A stretch of DNA of 64,000 nt, taken from positions 723 through 64,722 of the forward strand of contig JAHIVT010000008.1 in NCBI GenBank assembly GCA_018816555.1, written 5' to 3'. The notes under the pieces were generated by a model. It did no database searches, was not told the DNA's origin, and saw only the letters and a program-made list of their open reading frames with translations. The translations under genes and the position numbers were made by a program. Positions 9,640-18,833 of this stretch are shown here, piece after piece. Each line of letters opens with the position of its first letter. The stretch's first letter is position 1. The stretch is from Pseudomonadota bacterium. GTDB lineage: Bacteria > Desulfobacterota > Desulfobulbia > Desulfobulbales > SURF-16.

Positions 9640-9996
9640 ATGGAAAATTACGAGACAATAGTTCGGTTTGCCGAGTGGCTCGCCTTACCGCTGGCCTATT
9701 TTGTTCTGCTTATTCTGTTTCTTTTTTTTGTTGTGCGTCCTTTTTTTTCCTACCTTTTTAACTGGAACAGAATAAATGCTCTCAAGACTTTGCAGGAAGC
9801 CCGGAACGAAAAGGAAATTGACCGGAAACCTGATGCTGCCTGGGGTGAACAGGTTGGGGCGGAAGATGACGAATCATTTGACCCACCGTCGCCTGAAAGC
9901 AGAAATGAACAGCTGCTCATGAGCAAACTGGCTGAGAGTGATCCGGAAAAGGCCGGCAGTCTTGTCAAGCAATGGCTCAGGAAGGATCAGAATTAA
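9640..9996 (+). CDS. small single-TM protein; its tail resembles the FliF C-terminus
   Basis: One hydrophobic helix (LALPLAYFVLLILFLFFVVRPFF), an acidic linker, and the terminal SDPEKAGSLVKQWLRKDQN. Confidence 0.5.
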   Translation: MENYETIVRFAEWLALPLAYFVLLILFLFFVVRPFFSYLFNWNRINALKTLQEARNEKEIDRKPDAAWGEQVGAEDDESFDPPSPESRNEQLLMSKLAESDPEKAGSLVKQWLRKDQN

Positions 9997-10291
9997 GTGA
10001 CTTTGCCATTGACGTTCTGCAGTAAATAAATTTATATTTTACAGTTTCGTTTTTAAAATTTTGCCTTTTGACAAAGTATGTTGCGGCATTTTGTCGTTTG
10101 TTCTATTCAACATCGGCGGTTTGGGATCAGGTTTCATGAAAGCAACGTTCAACAATGAGCTTATCGGACGCGGATGTTGACGCCGCTGTCTCCCCCGGCC
10201 CTTTTGTCACCACCTCCATTGATATTATCGGTGTTACTGCTTATTTTTCAAAAGCAAAGCTACTTCTGGAAATCTGAACCGGTGATGTACC

Positions 10292-11401
10292 ATGAATAAT
10301 ATATTTTTTCGAAAAATCTCCCCCGTGATTTATTTTCTGGCAGGACTTGCCCTGTTCTGGTGGTTTTTTAGCAGAGCGGACCAGGCTGCCATCAATCCTG
10401 ATGCCATGCCGCGGGCGGTTACCGCCAGAGGGGATCTTGCTGCTGATGAGCGCAATACCATTGAACTTTTCCAGGCAACTTCACCTGCCGTGGTCTATAT
10501 TACCAGCATTGAACTGCGGCGTAATCTCTTCAGCCTGAATATCCATGAGATACCAAAAGGTACAGGCTCCGGCTTTATCTGGGATAAGGAGGGCAGAATC
10601 GTCACCAATTATCATGTCATTGAGGATGCCAACAAGGTACAGGTCACCCTTGCCGATAACAGCACGTGGAAGGCGGTGCTGGTGGGAGCTTCCGCGGACA
10701 AGGATATTGCGGTTCTGAAAATTTCCGCTCCCACGAAAATTCTCAAACCGATTCTCCTAGGAGAATCCGCCAACCTGCAGGTAGGCCAGAAGGTTTTTGC
10801 CATAGGCAATCCTTTTGGTCTTGATCAAACCATCACCGCCGGCATCGTCAGTGCTCTCGGACGCGAAATAAAATCCGCAAACGGCATGACCATCCATGAT
10901 GTCATCCAGACGGATGCCGCCATTAATCCGGGCAATTCCGGCGGACCACTGCTTGACAGCGCCGGTCGTCTCATCGGGGTAAACACCGCCATCTACAGCC
11001 CGGATGGGGTCAATGCCGGCATCGGGTTTGCCGTTCCAGTCGACGAAGTAAATTGGGTGGTAACCGAGATTATCAAACATGGTCGCCTGATCAGGCCTGG
11101 CCTCGGCATTTCCGTGGCAAATGAGAGGCTCATGGAGCGTCTGGGCATTGAAGGGGTACTGATTGTTCAGGTGGAGAGTGGCAGTTCAGCAGAAAAGGCC
11201 GGCCTCCGCGGCGTCAGAAAGGACGTCGGAGAAATCCTGTTAGGGGATATCATCGTAGGGGTGAACGGCAAACCAATTAAAAATCTTGATGATCTACGCC
11301 AGGAAATGGAGCGTTACCAGGTTGGGAACGAGGTGACTTTGAAGGTCATTCGTGATGGTAAGGAATTTCAGGTCAAGGTTATTCTGGATGCGGTAGGATA
11401 A
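10292..11401 (+). CDS. HtrA/DegP-family serine protease with one PDZ domain
   Basis: N-terminal TM/signal anchor. Catalytic triad context NYHVIED, DIAVLKI and GNSGGPLL. C-terminal PDZ-like region. Confidence 0.9.
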   Translation: MNNIFFRKISPVIYFLAGLALFWWFFSRADQAAINPDAMPRAVTARGDLAADERNTIELFQATSPAVVYITSIELRRNLFSLNIHEIPKGTGSGFIWDKEGRIVTNYHVIEDANKVQVTLADNSTWKAVLVGASADKDIAVLKISAPTKILKPILLGESANLQVGQKVFAIGNPFGLDQTITAGIVSALGREIKSANGMTIHDVIQTDAAINPGNSGGPLLDSAGRLIGVNTAIYSPDGVNAGIGFAVPVDEVNWVVTEIIKHGRLIRPGLGISVANERLMERLGIEGVLIVQVESGSSAEKAGLRGVRKDVGEILLGDIIVGVNGKPIKNLDDLRQEMERYQVGNEVTLKVIRDGKEFQVKVILDAVG

Positions 11402-11429
11402 TGCTTTCTATGAAAAACAGGACAAGGCC

Positions 11430-12791
11430 GTGACCTGGTGGACGCGGGCGCTTAAAAGCGTCATTTCTTTTGATGACGGGCAACGGCTCGATTTATTCAG
11501 GATTTTTCCGGCATTCCGAAGGTTTCTGGCGGCAAGGCATCATTACGCCCTGCTGCGTACTGGTGCTGACATCCTTTTTGTCCTGGTGCTAATTTCCGGT
11601 TTTTTCGGTCCCCAGGATGCCCGGCGTAACATTGCTGTATTTTTGACCTGGGGCATACTCTGGCCCGGCATTGTTCTTTCCTGGTTTTTTGTTGGTCGCA
11701 TGTGGTGTGGCATTTGTCCGTTTCCGGGACTTGGTGTTTTTCTGCAGAGCAGGGGATGGACGTTCTCCATGAAAGTCCCGCGATTGCTGCAGAAATACGG
11801 GGTGTACATCGCTGTTTTCCTGCTGGCCCTCATCATCTGGTTTGAGACGGTTACCGGTTTAAATGAATGGCCGGCCGGCACGTCCTATCTTGTCCTTTCC
11901 ATCGTCAGCGGGGCTGCGGTGATGGCGATATTTTTTCAGGGCCAGTCATGGTGCCGCCATCTCTGCCCGCTGGGGCGGATCAGTGGCGCTGCGGCGACTA
12001 TTTCCATTACCGAGTTCAGGGCTGACTATGATAAATGCCGGGGCTGTAAAAGCGTTGCCTGCAAAAAGGGGTCGGATAAGAGGCGCGGCTGCCCTGTCTA
12101 TCTCGGCGCGGTTTCTGTGCAGAATAATCTGCATTGCCTGGTCTGCGGCCATTGTCTTCCTCTCTGCGACCGTGACTCGCCTCAGTTCCTTTTGCGCAAT
12201 CCCTATAATGAACTTATCCGCAATGCCGGGAGATACAAAACCTGCACCTACACGGTGCCTTTTCTAATCGGCTCCCAGATTGCCCGCTTCATGCGGGAAA
12301 AGCCGATTTACAACCAGGCGCTCGACTATTTTGCCCTGCCCGATTCGCTGCTTTTCAGTCTTCTGCTGGGGATCTGTATTTTTATAGTGCTCGTGGTGAT
12401 AAGCCTCGGGAAAAAACTCTTCGGGGTAGTGGACAATGATCCCATTGTCGGCAACTTGTCGCCCATGGTACCCATCCTTATCCCCATGGCATTTACCGGC
12501 GAGCTTGTTTACCGCTTAGCGCATTTTGCCGAAGGTATCGGTGATTTCATCCCAACGATCGGCAGACAGTTCGGGTTGCCGATCCTTGAAAAACTCTCCT
12601 TTGCCATCCCGGTGTTTCCGGTTCAGGTGCTGTCAGCCTTTTTTATGATGAACGGTTCCATCGCCGGGGGCTATATCTTATGGCGTTATTGCCTCGGCCC
12701 TTTTGAGGGATTCGTTGATCTGAAGAACTTTGTGATTATTCATCTGCTGCTTGGCGGCGCATTGGTCAGTTATCTCCTGGTCATTTTTTAG
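11430..12791 (+). CDS. membrane-bound 4Fe-4S polyferredoxin (NapH/MauN-like)
   Basis: GTG start. TM helices carry CGICPFP and CRHLCPLGR, plus Cys clusters CRGCKSVAC...CPVY and CLVCGHCLPLCD. Confidence 0.7.
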   Translation: MTWWTRALKSVISFDDGQRLDLFRIFPAFRRFLAARHHYALLRTGADILFVLVLISGFFGPQDARRNIAVFLTWGILWPGIVLSWFFVGRMWCGICPFPGLGVFLQSRGWTFSMKVPRLLQKYGVYIAVFLLALIIWFETVTGLNEWPAGTSYLVLSIVSGAAVMAIFFQGQSWCRHLCPLGRISGAAATISITEFRADYDKCRGCKSVACKKGSDKRRGCPVYLGAVSVQNNLHCLVCGHCLPLCDRDSPQFLLRNPYNELIRNAGRYKTCTYTVPFLIGSQIARFMREKPIYNQALDYFALPDSLLFSLLLGICIFIVLVVISLGKKLFGVVDNDPIVGNLSPMVPILIPMAFTGELVYRLAHFAEGIGDFIPTIGRQFGLPILEKLSFAIPVFPVQVLSAFFMMNGSIAGGYILWRYCLGPFEGFVDLKNFVIIHLLLGGALVSYLLVIF

Positions 12792-12805
12792 GGAAAACAA
12801 CTTCT

Positions 12806-13861
12806 TTATTCGCCTTCATGCCGCTTTCCGGCTGACAGAAATGTCTTTCCCTTGTCCCTGGCGATTTCCCTCATTGACTTGGATGGGTCCGTCTCATCAA
12901 TAATTTCCTGTCCGACAATCTCTTCGATGATATCCTCAAGGCTGATAACGCCGGTCATGCCGCCATATTCGTCAACAACGCAGAAGAGATGCTGCCTTCG
13001 CTCAAAGAATTCAAGCAGGGTGGTGTTGAGCTGGGCTGTTTCCGGCACATAATGGACCGGTTTCATCAGGGAGGCGAGGGTACGGCGATCATTTCCTTCC
13101 GCCACACTGAGCAGTACATCCTTGCGCAGTACGATACCTATGATGTCATTGGGATTTTTGTCGTATACCGGAACCCTGCTGTGTCTGTTCCACTGGTTTT
13201 GCATGAGCTGGGCCTCGGCCACCGACAGGTTTTTATCCAGGGTAAAGGTGACTGTACGGGGCGTCATGGCTTCTCTGACGGTTTTTTTCTTCAGGTCGAT
13301 GATGTTTTTGATAAATCCTTCCTGCTGTGCGTCAATCACTCCTGATTTTCTGCTGAGCACGGCCATGGCGTGAATTTCTTCCGCTGAAATCTCAGTTTTT
13401 TTATCATAACCGGGGATGAGCATGGTGGCATGTTTGATAACCCAGACAATGGGAGAAAGAATTTTAACCAGGCCATAGAGAGGAATGGCTATCCATGGAG
13501 CGATTTCCCTGCTGTAAACAACGCCTATGGTCTTGGGGAGAATCTCTGAAAAAATAAGGATAGTGAAGGTGAAAAGGGCGGAAAAGAGGCTGAGATATCT
13601 GTCACCGAAAACTGCAGCAGCAGACGCTCCGGCAATGGCGGCCCCCATGGTATTGGCTATGGTATTGAGGGTCAGAATGGCGGTAATGGGTTGCTGGATA
13701 TTGTTTTTTAACCTTTTCAGCAGTTTGCCGGAGAGTTTGTCCGATTTGGAAAGGATTTCGACCCGGCTTGCCGGCACGGAGTAAAGCACAGCTTCGATGA
13801 TACTGCAAAGGGCTGAAACGAGGATGGCAATTCCGGCTGCGAGACAGAGTTTTACTATCAA
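12806..13861 (-). CDS. CNNM/DUF21 transmembrane domain plus CBS-pair protein (TlyC/CorC-like)
   Basis: TTG start. N-terminal 4-TM DUF21-like region, then a CBS-pair-like sequence (REAMTPR..., IGIVLRKDVL, GVISLEDIIEEIVG). There is no obvious CorC_HlyC tail. Confidence 0.8.
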   Translation of the reverse strand: MIVKLCLAAGIAILVSALCSIIEAVLYSVPASRVEILSKSDKLSGKLLKRLKNNIQQPITAILTLNTIANTMGAAIAGASAAAVFGDRYLSLFSALFTFTILIFSEILPKTIGVVYSREIAPWIAIPLYGLVKILSPIVWVIKHATMLIPGYDKKTEISAEEIHAMAVLSRKSGVIDAQQEGFIKNIIDLKKKTVREAMTPRTVTFTLDKNLSVAEAQLMQNQWNRHSRVPVYDKNPNDIIGIVLRKDVLLSVAEGNDRRTLASLMKPVHYVPETAQLNTTLLEFFERRQHLFCVVDEYGGMTGVISLEDIIEEIVGQEIIDETDPSKSMREIARDKGKTFLSAGKRHEGE

Positions 13862-13897
13862 GTGTACCTGGTTGGGCTGTGGTGAGAATAAATCAAT

Positions 13898-14299
13898 TTA
13901 ATGTGATGTAATTTCCTGGGAGGAAACCTTCCCGGAGTTTTCTGTCAGAAATTCTTCAATTTTCTGCTGTTGCTCAATGCTTAACTCTCCGAACTGAACG
14001 CCGTTGCGCCGAATGATAGTTGATCCTGTAGGATGAATCGGGGCGGAATCAGTGGAGGTTATCGTTTTACACGGAATATTTTCAAGATAAAAACCGCTTG
14101 AACTGTTTAAAATGCCGAGTTCAAAAAAAGAATCCTGCACGATATCCTTACTGGTAAGAAAGCGAAAAGCCAAACCTCCTTTGCTGATGTTGATAATCTG
14201 CCCGAAAGTTGTTTCGTTGAAGACGAGAATGTCATCAGACAGGTGGAACCGCTGGGATTTCCTGCGTTCAACAACCGGTTTGCTTTGCTCCATGGACAT
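13898..14299 (-). CDS. stand-alone PilZ domain protein
   Basis: RKSQR (RxxxR) and NISKGG ((D/N)xSxxG) in a 133-aa protein. Confidence 0.75.
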   Translation of the reverse strand: MSMEQSKPVVERRKSQRFHLSDDILVFNETTFGQIINISKGGLAFRFLTSKDIVQDSFFELGILNSSSGFYLENIPCKTITSTDSAPIHPTGSTIIRRNGVQFGELSIEQQQKIEEFLTENSGKVSSQEITSH

Positions 14300-14534
14300 A
14301 CAGTTACCTCCAGTCTGTTTGATGGGAAACAGTGTCTGGATAAAAATTAAACATCTTATAACAATTATTAACTGAAATAAAAAAATGATACTCGATTCAT
14401 TATATTTTGTGCAATATTTATTCCTTGATTTTTTTGATTACTTTTACCATCTTTTCGGTATGATGCATTATTTGTTGGAAATTGAAATAATTCATTTTTC
14501 CGGAAAGCTGACCATTTTCATGGAAATGTGATCT

Positions 14535-15068
14535 ATGTTGACTCTTGATCAATATGCCGTATTGCTTGCAGGATTGAACGGAAAAAGTGGCAAGGACATC
14601 AAAAATATTATTCTCCTGCCGGGTATGGATTTCCGGGGGCGTGAGAAGTGGTGGGCCAGGGGTGAGTGGAGATGCCGTCCCCATGAGGGGGTGGACGTGG
14701 TCTGCTGTGAGGATGACGCGGGTGAAGAACAATTCCTGGGAGAAGGGACAAAAGTTCCCTGTCTCCTATCCGGTGAAATCGTTGCCCTCTGCGATGATTT
14801 CCTGGGAAAATCAGTTTTTGTCAGAGGTGAAGGTTATTCTTTTGGGGATTTTGTCGCAGTGCATGCCCATATCCTGACGAAGGTCAGACCGGGAGATCGC
14901 GTGGTGACCGGCGAGGAGATTGGGGTAATCGCCCCGGCGAACGGAACGGTTCCTGCCCATCTCCATCTTTCCCTGTTCCGGTTCAGCACGGAGCTGCCTT
15001 GGGGGGATATTGACTGGCAGTATCTTAATTCATGCGATTTAAGTATATTTCTTAATCCATTTGTATAA
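14535..15068 (+). CDS. M23/LytM-like metallopeptidase domain protein without a signal peptide
   Basis: HEGVD (HxxxD) and AHLHLS (HxH) motifs at M23-like spacing. No N-terminal hydrophobic segment. The start is uncertain. Confidence 0.55.
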   Translation: MLTLDQYAVLLAGLNGKSGKDIKNIILLPGMDFRGREKWWARGEWRCRPHEGVDVVCCEDDAGEEQFLGEGTKVPCLLSGEIVALCDDFLGKSVFVRGEGYSFGDFVAVHAHILTKVRPGDRVVTGEEIGVIAPANGTVPAHLHLSLFRFSTELPWGDIDWQYLNSCDLSIFLNPFV

Positions 15069-15086
15069 AACAATAAGGAGTTTGTT

Positions 15087-15563
15087 ATGGCAGAGGCTTT
15101 TGATAGAAAATTAATCCCGAGCCTTCGTGAAGGAATTGATGTGGTACGGATGATTTTTTTTAAGAATTTGAAGGATTATCTGCAGAAAAAATTCCCCGAG
15201 GATGGGGATGCCTATGCCGGTATGCTTGCCGGTGCAATGATGAACGATCTTTTCTGTACACCCAATCCCCAGGAAAAATTCAGGATTTTTGCTGAAGAAA
15301 ACGACAATCGCATCAGGCAGGAGCTGGAAAACGTCCCTCGTGAACTTGAAAATTTGTGCATCCTGCTCACCGACGCATTGCGTATGCACTTTCTCTGTAA
15401 TCATCAGGAAGGCATCGAAGGCAACAATGAGGAGTTTCTGAAAAAGGCTAGAGATTACGGTATACTGATTGAGTCCCGAGATGTGCCGCTGCCCAAGGGT
15501 TTTATGGAACTGGTCTACAGGGTCGGCAAGGCAAACGGGTTAATTGTTGAGCAGCAAGCATAA
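15087..15563 (+). CDS. hypothetical protein (158 aa)
   Basis: The ORF has a good RBS (aaggag) 7 nt upstream and lies 18 nt after the M23-like gene. I recognise no family. Confidence 0.5.
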   Translation: MAEAFDRKLIPSLREGIDVVRMIFFKNLKDYLQKKFPEDGDAYAGMLAGAMMNDLFCTPNPQEKFRIFAEENDNRIRQELENVPRELENLCILLTDALRMHFLCNHQEGIEGNNEEFLKKARDYGILIESRDVPLPKGFMELVYRVGKANGLIVEQQA

Positions 15564-15704
15564 GTTTCGTTTGCCGGTCCGTCTGGTTGTTTACGTTGGC
15601 AGAAGCATAGAACCATCGGCTGGGACTTGTTTTGACGGGTTGGAAAACATCGTGATGCGGTGCTGCTATTGATTGTTTGCGCAAAAAAAAATAAAAAAAG
15701 ATGC

Positions 15705-15732
15705 TTGCATTCGTCCCTGATTTTGCTATGCT
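15705..15732 (+). promoter_or_regulatory. candidate sigma-70 promoter (TTGCAT-16 nt-TATGCT)
   Basis: Read directly: TTGCAT at 15705-15710 and TATGCT at 15727-15732. It sits in a 460-bp intergenic region. Confidence 0.2.
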
Positions 15733-15826
15733 CCAATATGATGAATTTTAAATGATGAATGGCCATTCAGAAAAATGATGATTTTGAATTGGGTTTTTTT
15801 TAACTGACGAATGAAGTGTTAACGAA

Positions 15827-15970
15827 ATGAGCAAACGTGAAGCGATCCGTATCCTGATGTTAAGTCCGATTTATTTCAGATTATCCCTTGCTGAACGACA
15901 TGCATTGATCGAAGAGTTTTTGCAGATACATATGCAATCCTCTTTAAAAATGTCCCAGGATAATAAGTAA
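15827..15970 (+). CDS. possible small protein (47 aa)
   Basis: ATG..TAA ORF below the track cutoff: MSKREAIRILMLSPIYFRLSLAERHALIEEFLQIHMQSSLKMSQDNK. No clear RBS. Confidence 0.2.
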   Translation: MSKREAIRILMLSPIYFRLSLAERHALIEEFLQIHMQSSLKMSQDNK

Positions 15971-16025
15971 ATTAAACTTTCTCTTGTCTGCTTTTATTTC
16001 CCCTTCAGCACCGGGTTATGAATTT

Positions 16026-16514
16026 TCATAACTCATAGAGTGTGTCATCTTCGGCTGGCGGGCTTGTGCAGCCCCCTCTTATTTTTTTCCGCATTGCCGC
16101 AAAGGGATCTTCATTTTCCAGAAGTTCTCCCATCTCCGCCTCGATCTTGTCCGGGTCTTCACCCGCTTCCATGCGGCTGATGGCCTCCTCCATCCCGCCA
16201 CCTAAAGAAAGTCCGGTCTGTTGGGAGAATTTGCGCATGAGCTGCGCCATCTGCCGGGGATCGTCTTCATTGATGTTTTGAGCCTCCTGGGCGATCCCGG
16301 CAAGAACCCGTTCCATTTTTGCCTCATCAAAATCAGGGACAAAATCTTCCTCCTCACCCTTTTTTGCTTTGCCGATGGTGGCGAAGGTCGAGACCTTACG
16401 CTGAAGTGTGCCTTGACATCTGGGGCAGGGGGGCTGGGTAGAGGTATTGACCCGTCTCGATAGAAAATTAAAGATCGTATGGCAGTGCTGGCAGTAAAAT
16501 TCATAAATCGGCAT
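16026..16514 (-). CDS. FmdB-family zinc-ribbon protein
   Basis: N-terminus MPIYEFYCQHCHTIF...CPRCQG is the FmdB/CxxC-x-CxxC signature. Acidic C-terminal tail. Confidence 0.75.
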   Translation of the reverse strand: MPIYEFYCQHCHTIFNFLSRRVNTSTQPPCPRCQGTLQRKVSTFATIGKAKKGEEEDFVPDFDEAKMERVLAGIAQEAQNINEDDPRQMAQLMRKFSQQTGLSLGGGMEEAISRMEAGEDPDKIEAEMGELLENEDPFAAMRKKIRGGCTSPPAEDDTLYEL

Positions 16515-16606
16515 GTTGTGTTATCCTTTAGAACTTATGTGTGGGCAGTTCTGAGTTAGCAGGCTGTTGAAAAACCACTGCGCTCACAAAATTTTTCAAC
16601 CACCTG

Positions 16607-18391
16607 TTAGGTTCGTGACTCAAGATCCTCCCAGCGGGCATAGAGCTTATCGACTTTTTCCTGGGTCGGCTGCAAAAGGGAACACCACTTGGCCAGTTCC
16701 TCTGCATTGCTGGTGACAGACGGGTTTTCCAGTTGCTGTCGACATTGCTCCAGTTCCTCCTCAGCCTCGAGGATTTTTTCTTCAATGGTGGCAAGTTCAA
16801 GTCTTTCACCATAGGTCAGTTTTGTCTCACCCTGTTTCTGCGATTTTTCTCTGGCAACGGTTTTCTTTTTTACGGGTGCAGCCTGCCTGTTCTGATCCTG
16901 CAGCCACTGGTCAAAATCCTCATACATGGCGGTTCCGCCCCTGCCGTTAAAACCGAGAATTTTCGTGGTCACATTGTCGAGAAAAAAACGATCATGGCTG
17001 ACCAGGACTACGGCCCCGGGAAAATCGATCAGGCTCTCCTCTAAAACGGCAAGAGAAGGGATATCCAGATCGTTGCCGGGTTCGTCGAGCAGAAGAATAT
17101 CCGCCTGCTGCAGCATGAGGCGGGCAATGAGAATCCTGGCCTGTTCGCCTCCGGAGAGGCGGCTTACCGGTTGATCAAGCTGATCCGGCTGGAAAAGGAA
17201 ACGTTTGGCCCAGCTGACGATGTGCAGGGGACTGCCGAGATACATGACCGTGTCGCCAGCCGGTGAAAGAGACTGGCGCAGGGTTTCATCCTGATTGATC
17301 TGTTCCCGTTTCTGGTCAAAGAGTACAATGCGAATGCCATCGGCCATGAGAATTTTTCCGCTGTCAGGGGTAACTGTGCCGGCAAGGATATTGATAAGGG
17401 TACTCTTGCCGCTGCCGTTTGCTCCCATGAGGCCGAGGCGGCTGCCCGGCGAGAGGACGAAGTTGAGATCGCTGAACAGCGGGCGTTCTTCCACGGATTT
17501 GCAAAGATCCAGGGCTTCAAGCAGTTTTTTTGTTTTGCGGCCGGTGGCATCAAAATCGATCTTCACCTGTCTGTTGGCCGCGTTCATTTCCCGCACGACC
17601 TTCAGTTCATTCTGCAGGTCATGGGCCTTATCAATACGGAAACGGGCTTTGGTGGTGCGGGCTTTGGGCCCACGGCTCAGCCATTCCGTCTCCCGACGCA
17701 CCTTGTTGGAAAGAACGGACTGGCGCTGGCTCTGGTTGTCGAGAAAGGCCTCTCTTTCTTCAATAAACCGGCTGTAATTGCCGTTGACCCTGAAAAATCC
17801 CTCGGGATAGCAGCGGTTGAGTTCAATGATGCGGTTGGTTGTGTTCTCCAGGAAGGCCCGGTCATGGCTGATGAGGATAAAGGCAAACGACGGGTTGGCC
17901 AGAATTTTTTCAAGCCACAGGATTCCCTGGATATCAAGATGGTTGGTGGGTTCATCCAGCAGAAGGAGATCGGGCTGCCGGATCAGCGCCCTGGCAATTG
18001 CCAGTCTCTTGCGCCAGCCGCCGGAAAGCTCGGCGACTTGTTGATTACCGTCCTCCAACTGGGTCTGGCCCATGATGATTTTAATCCGGCCGTGTCGGGA
18101 AGCTTCGTCATGATCATCAGCGATAGCCTCCTCAAGGACCATCTCAACAGTCTGATCCGGCTGGAATGTGTCATCCTGAGCCAGATAAACAACCTTTAAA
18201 CCCTTCCGGCTGATTACCTTACCGCTGTCCGGTATTTCCTGGTTTGCGAGAATTTTCAGCAGGGTTGACTTGCCGGAACCGTTCGGCCCGATCAGACCAA
18301 GACGTTCATTGCTGTAAAAACTGATTGATATGTCGGTAAAGAGCTGGTGTGCTCCGAAACTCTTACTGATTGACTGGCAATTAATTATCAT
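16607..18391 (-). CDS. ABC-F family ATPase (Uup-like) with a C-terminal coiled coil
   Basis: Two ABC cassettes (GPNGSGKST / LSGGWRKR and GANGSGKST / LSGGEQAR), no TM domain, and a lysine-rich linker plus coiled-coil tail. Confidence 0.9.
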   Translation of the reverse strand: MIINCQSISKSFGAHQLFTDISISFYSNERLGLIGPNGSGKSTLLKILANQEIPDSGKVISRKGLKVVYLAQDDTFQPDQTVEMVLEEAIADDHDEASRHGRIKIIMGQTQLEDGNQQVAELSGGWRKRLAIARALIRQPDLLLLDEPTNHLDIQGILWLEKILANPSFAFILISHDRAFLENTTNRIIELNRCYPEGFFRVNGNYSRFIEEREAFLDNQSQRQSVLSNKVRRETEWLSRGPKARTTKARFRIDKAHDLQNELKVVREMNAANRQVKIDFDATGRKTKKLLEALDLCKSVEERPLFSDLNFVLSPGSRLGLMGANGSGKSTLINILAGTVTPDSGKILMADGIRIVLFDQKREQINQDETLRQSLSPAGDTVMYLGSPLHIVSWAKRFLFQPDQLDQPVSRLSGGEQARILIARLMLQQADILLLDEPGNDLDIPSLAVLEESLIDFPGAVVLVSHDRFFLDNVTTKILGFNGRGGTAMYEDFDQWLQDQNRQAAPVKKKTVAREKSQKQGETKLTYGERLELATIEEKILEAEEELEQCRQQLENPSVTSNAEELAKWCSLLQPTQEKVDKLYARWEDLESRT

Positions 18392-18608
18392 AAATGGGGA
18401 AAATATCTGTCTCGTAACAGTTCATTTGTCGTGACATGGCTAAGGTTTGATGTGATCAGCTGAATCTAATCTTTTTTGCTGAAAAATAAAGGAGGTCAGA
18501 CTTTTTTTTGTCATCCGCCGGTTGCATCACAACGCCGGAAAACAAGTGATCCCTGTAAAAGTGATGAAGTCGTATTTATACCCCCTGAAGGTGAAAAGTC
18601 TTTTTTTA

Positions 18609-18686
18609 CCACAGAGAACACAGAGATCACATAGAAATATTTTTTATTACAGTCAGTTAGCTCTGTGATCTTTGTGTGCACCGTGG
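18609..18686. repeat. 26-bp imperfect inverted repeat with a 26-nt AT-rich spacer (REP/MITE-like)
   Basis: Left arm ccacagagaacacagagatcacatag (18609-18634). Right arm ctctgtgatctttgtgtgcaccgtgg (18661-18686). 21 of 26 positions are complementary. It lies between the divergent uup-like gene and cheX. Confidence 0.7.
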
Positions 18687-18833
18687 TGAAATTTTCAGTT
18701 GTTAACAAGCCATCAAAAGTGTTTCCTGGAAAACTGTTGACTTCTTAAGTATTTATCGGGCAAAATTTAATTTCAGGTAAGCGACATCCTGTTGCAGGAG
18801 ATAAAGAATATATTTTACCGTTGAGGTTGTCAT

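Noticed and set aside
18511-18708. 65-aa minus-strand ORF
   Set aside because: It spans the REP-like inverted repeat, and its peptide is simply the translation of the repeat arms. No RBS.
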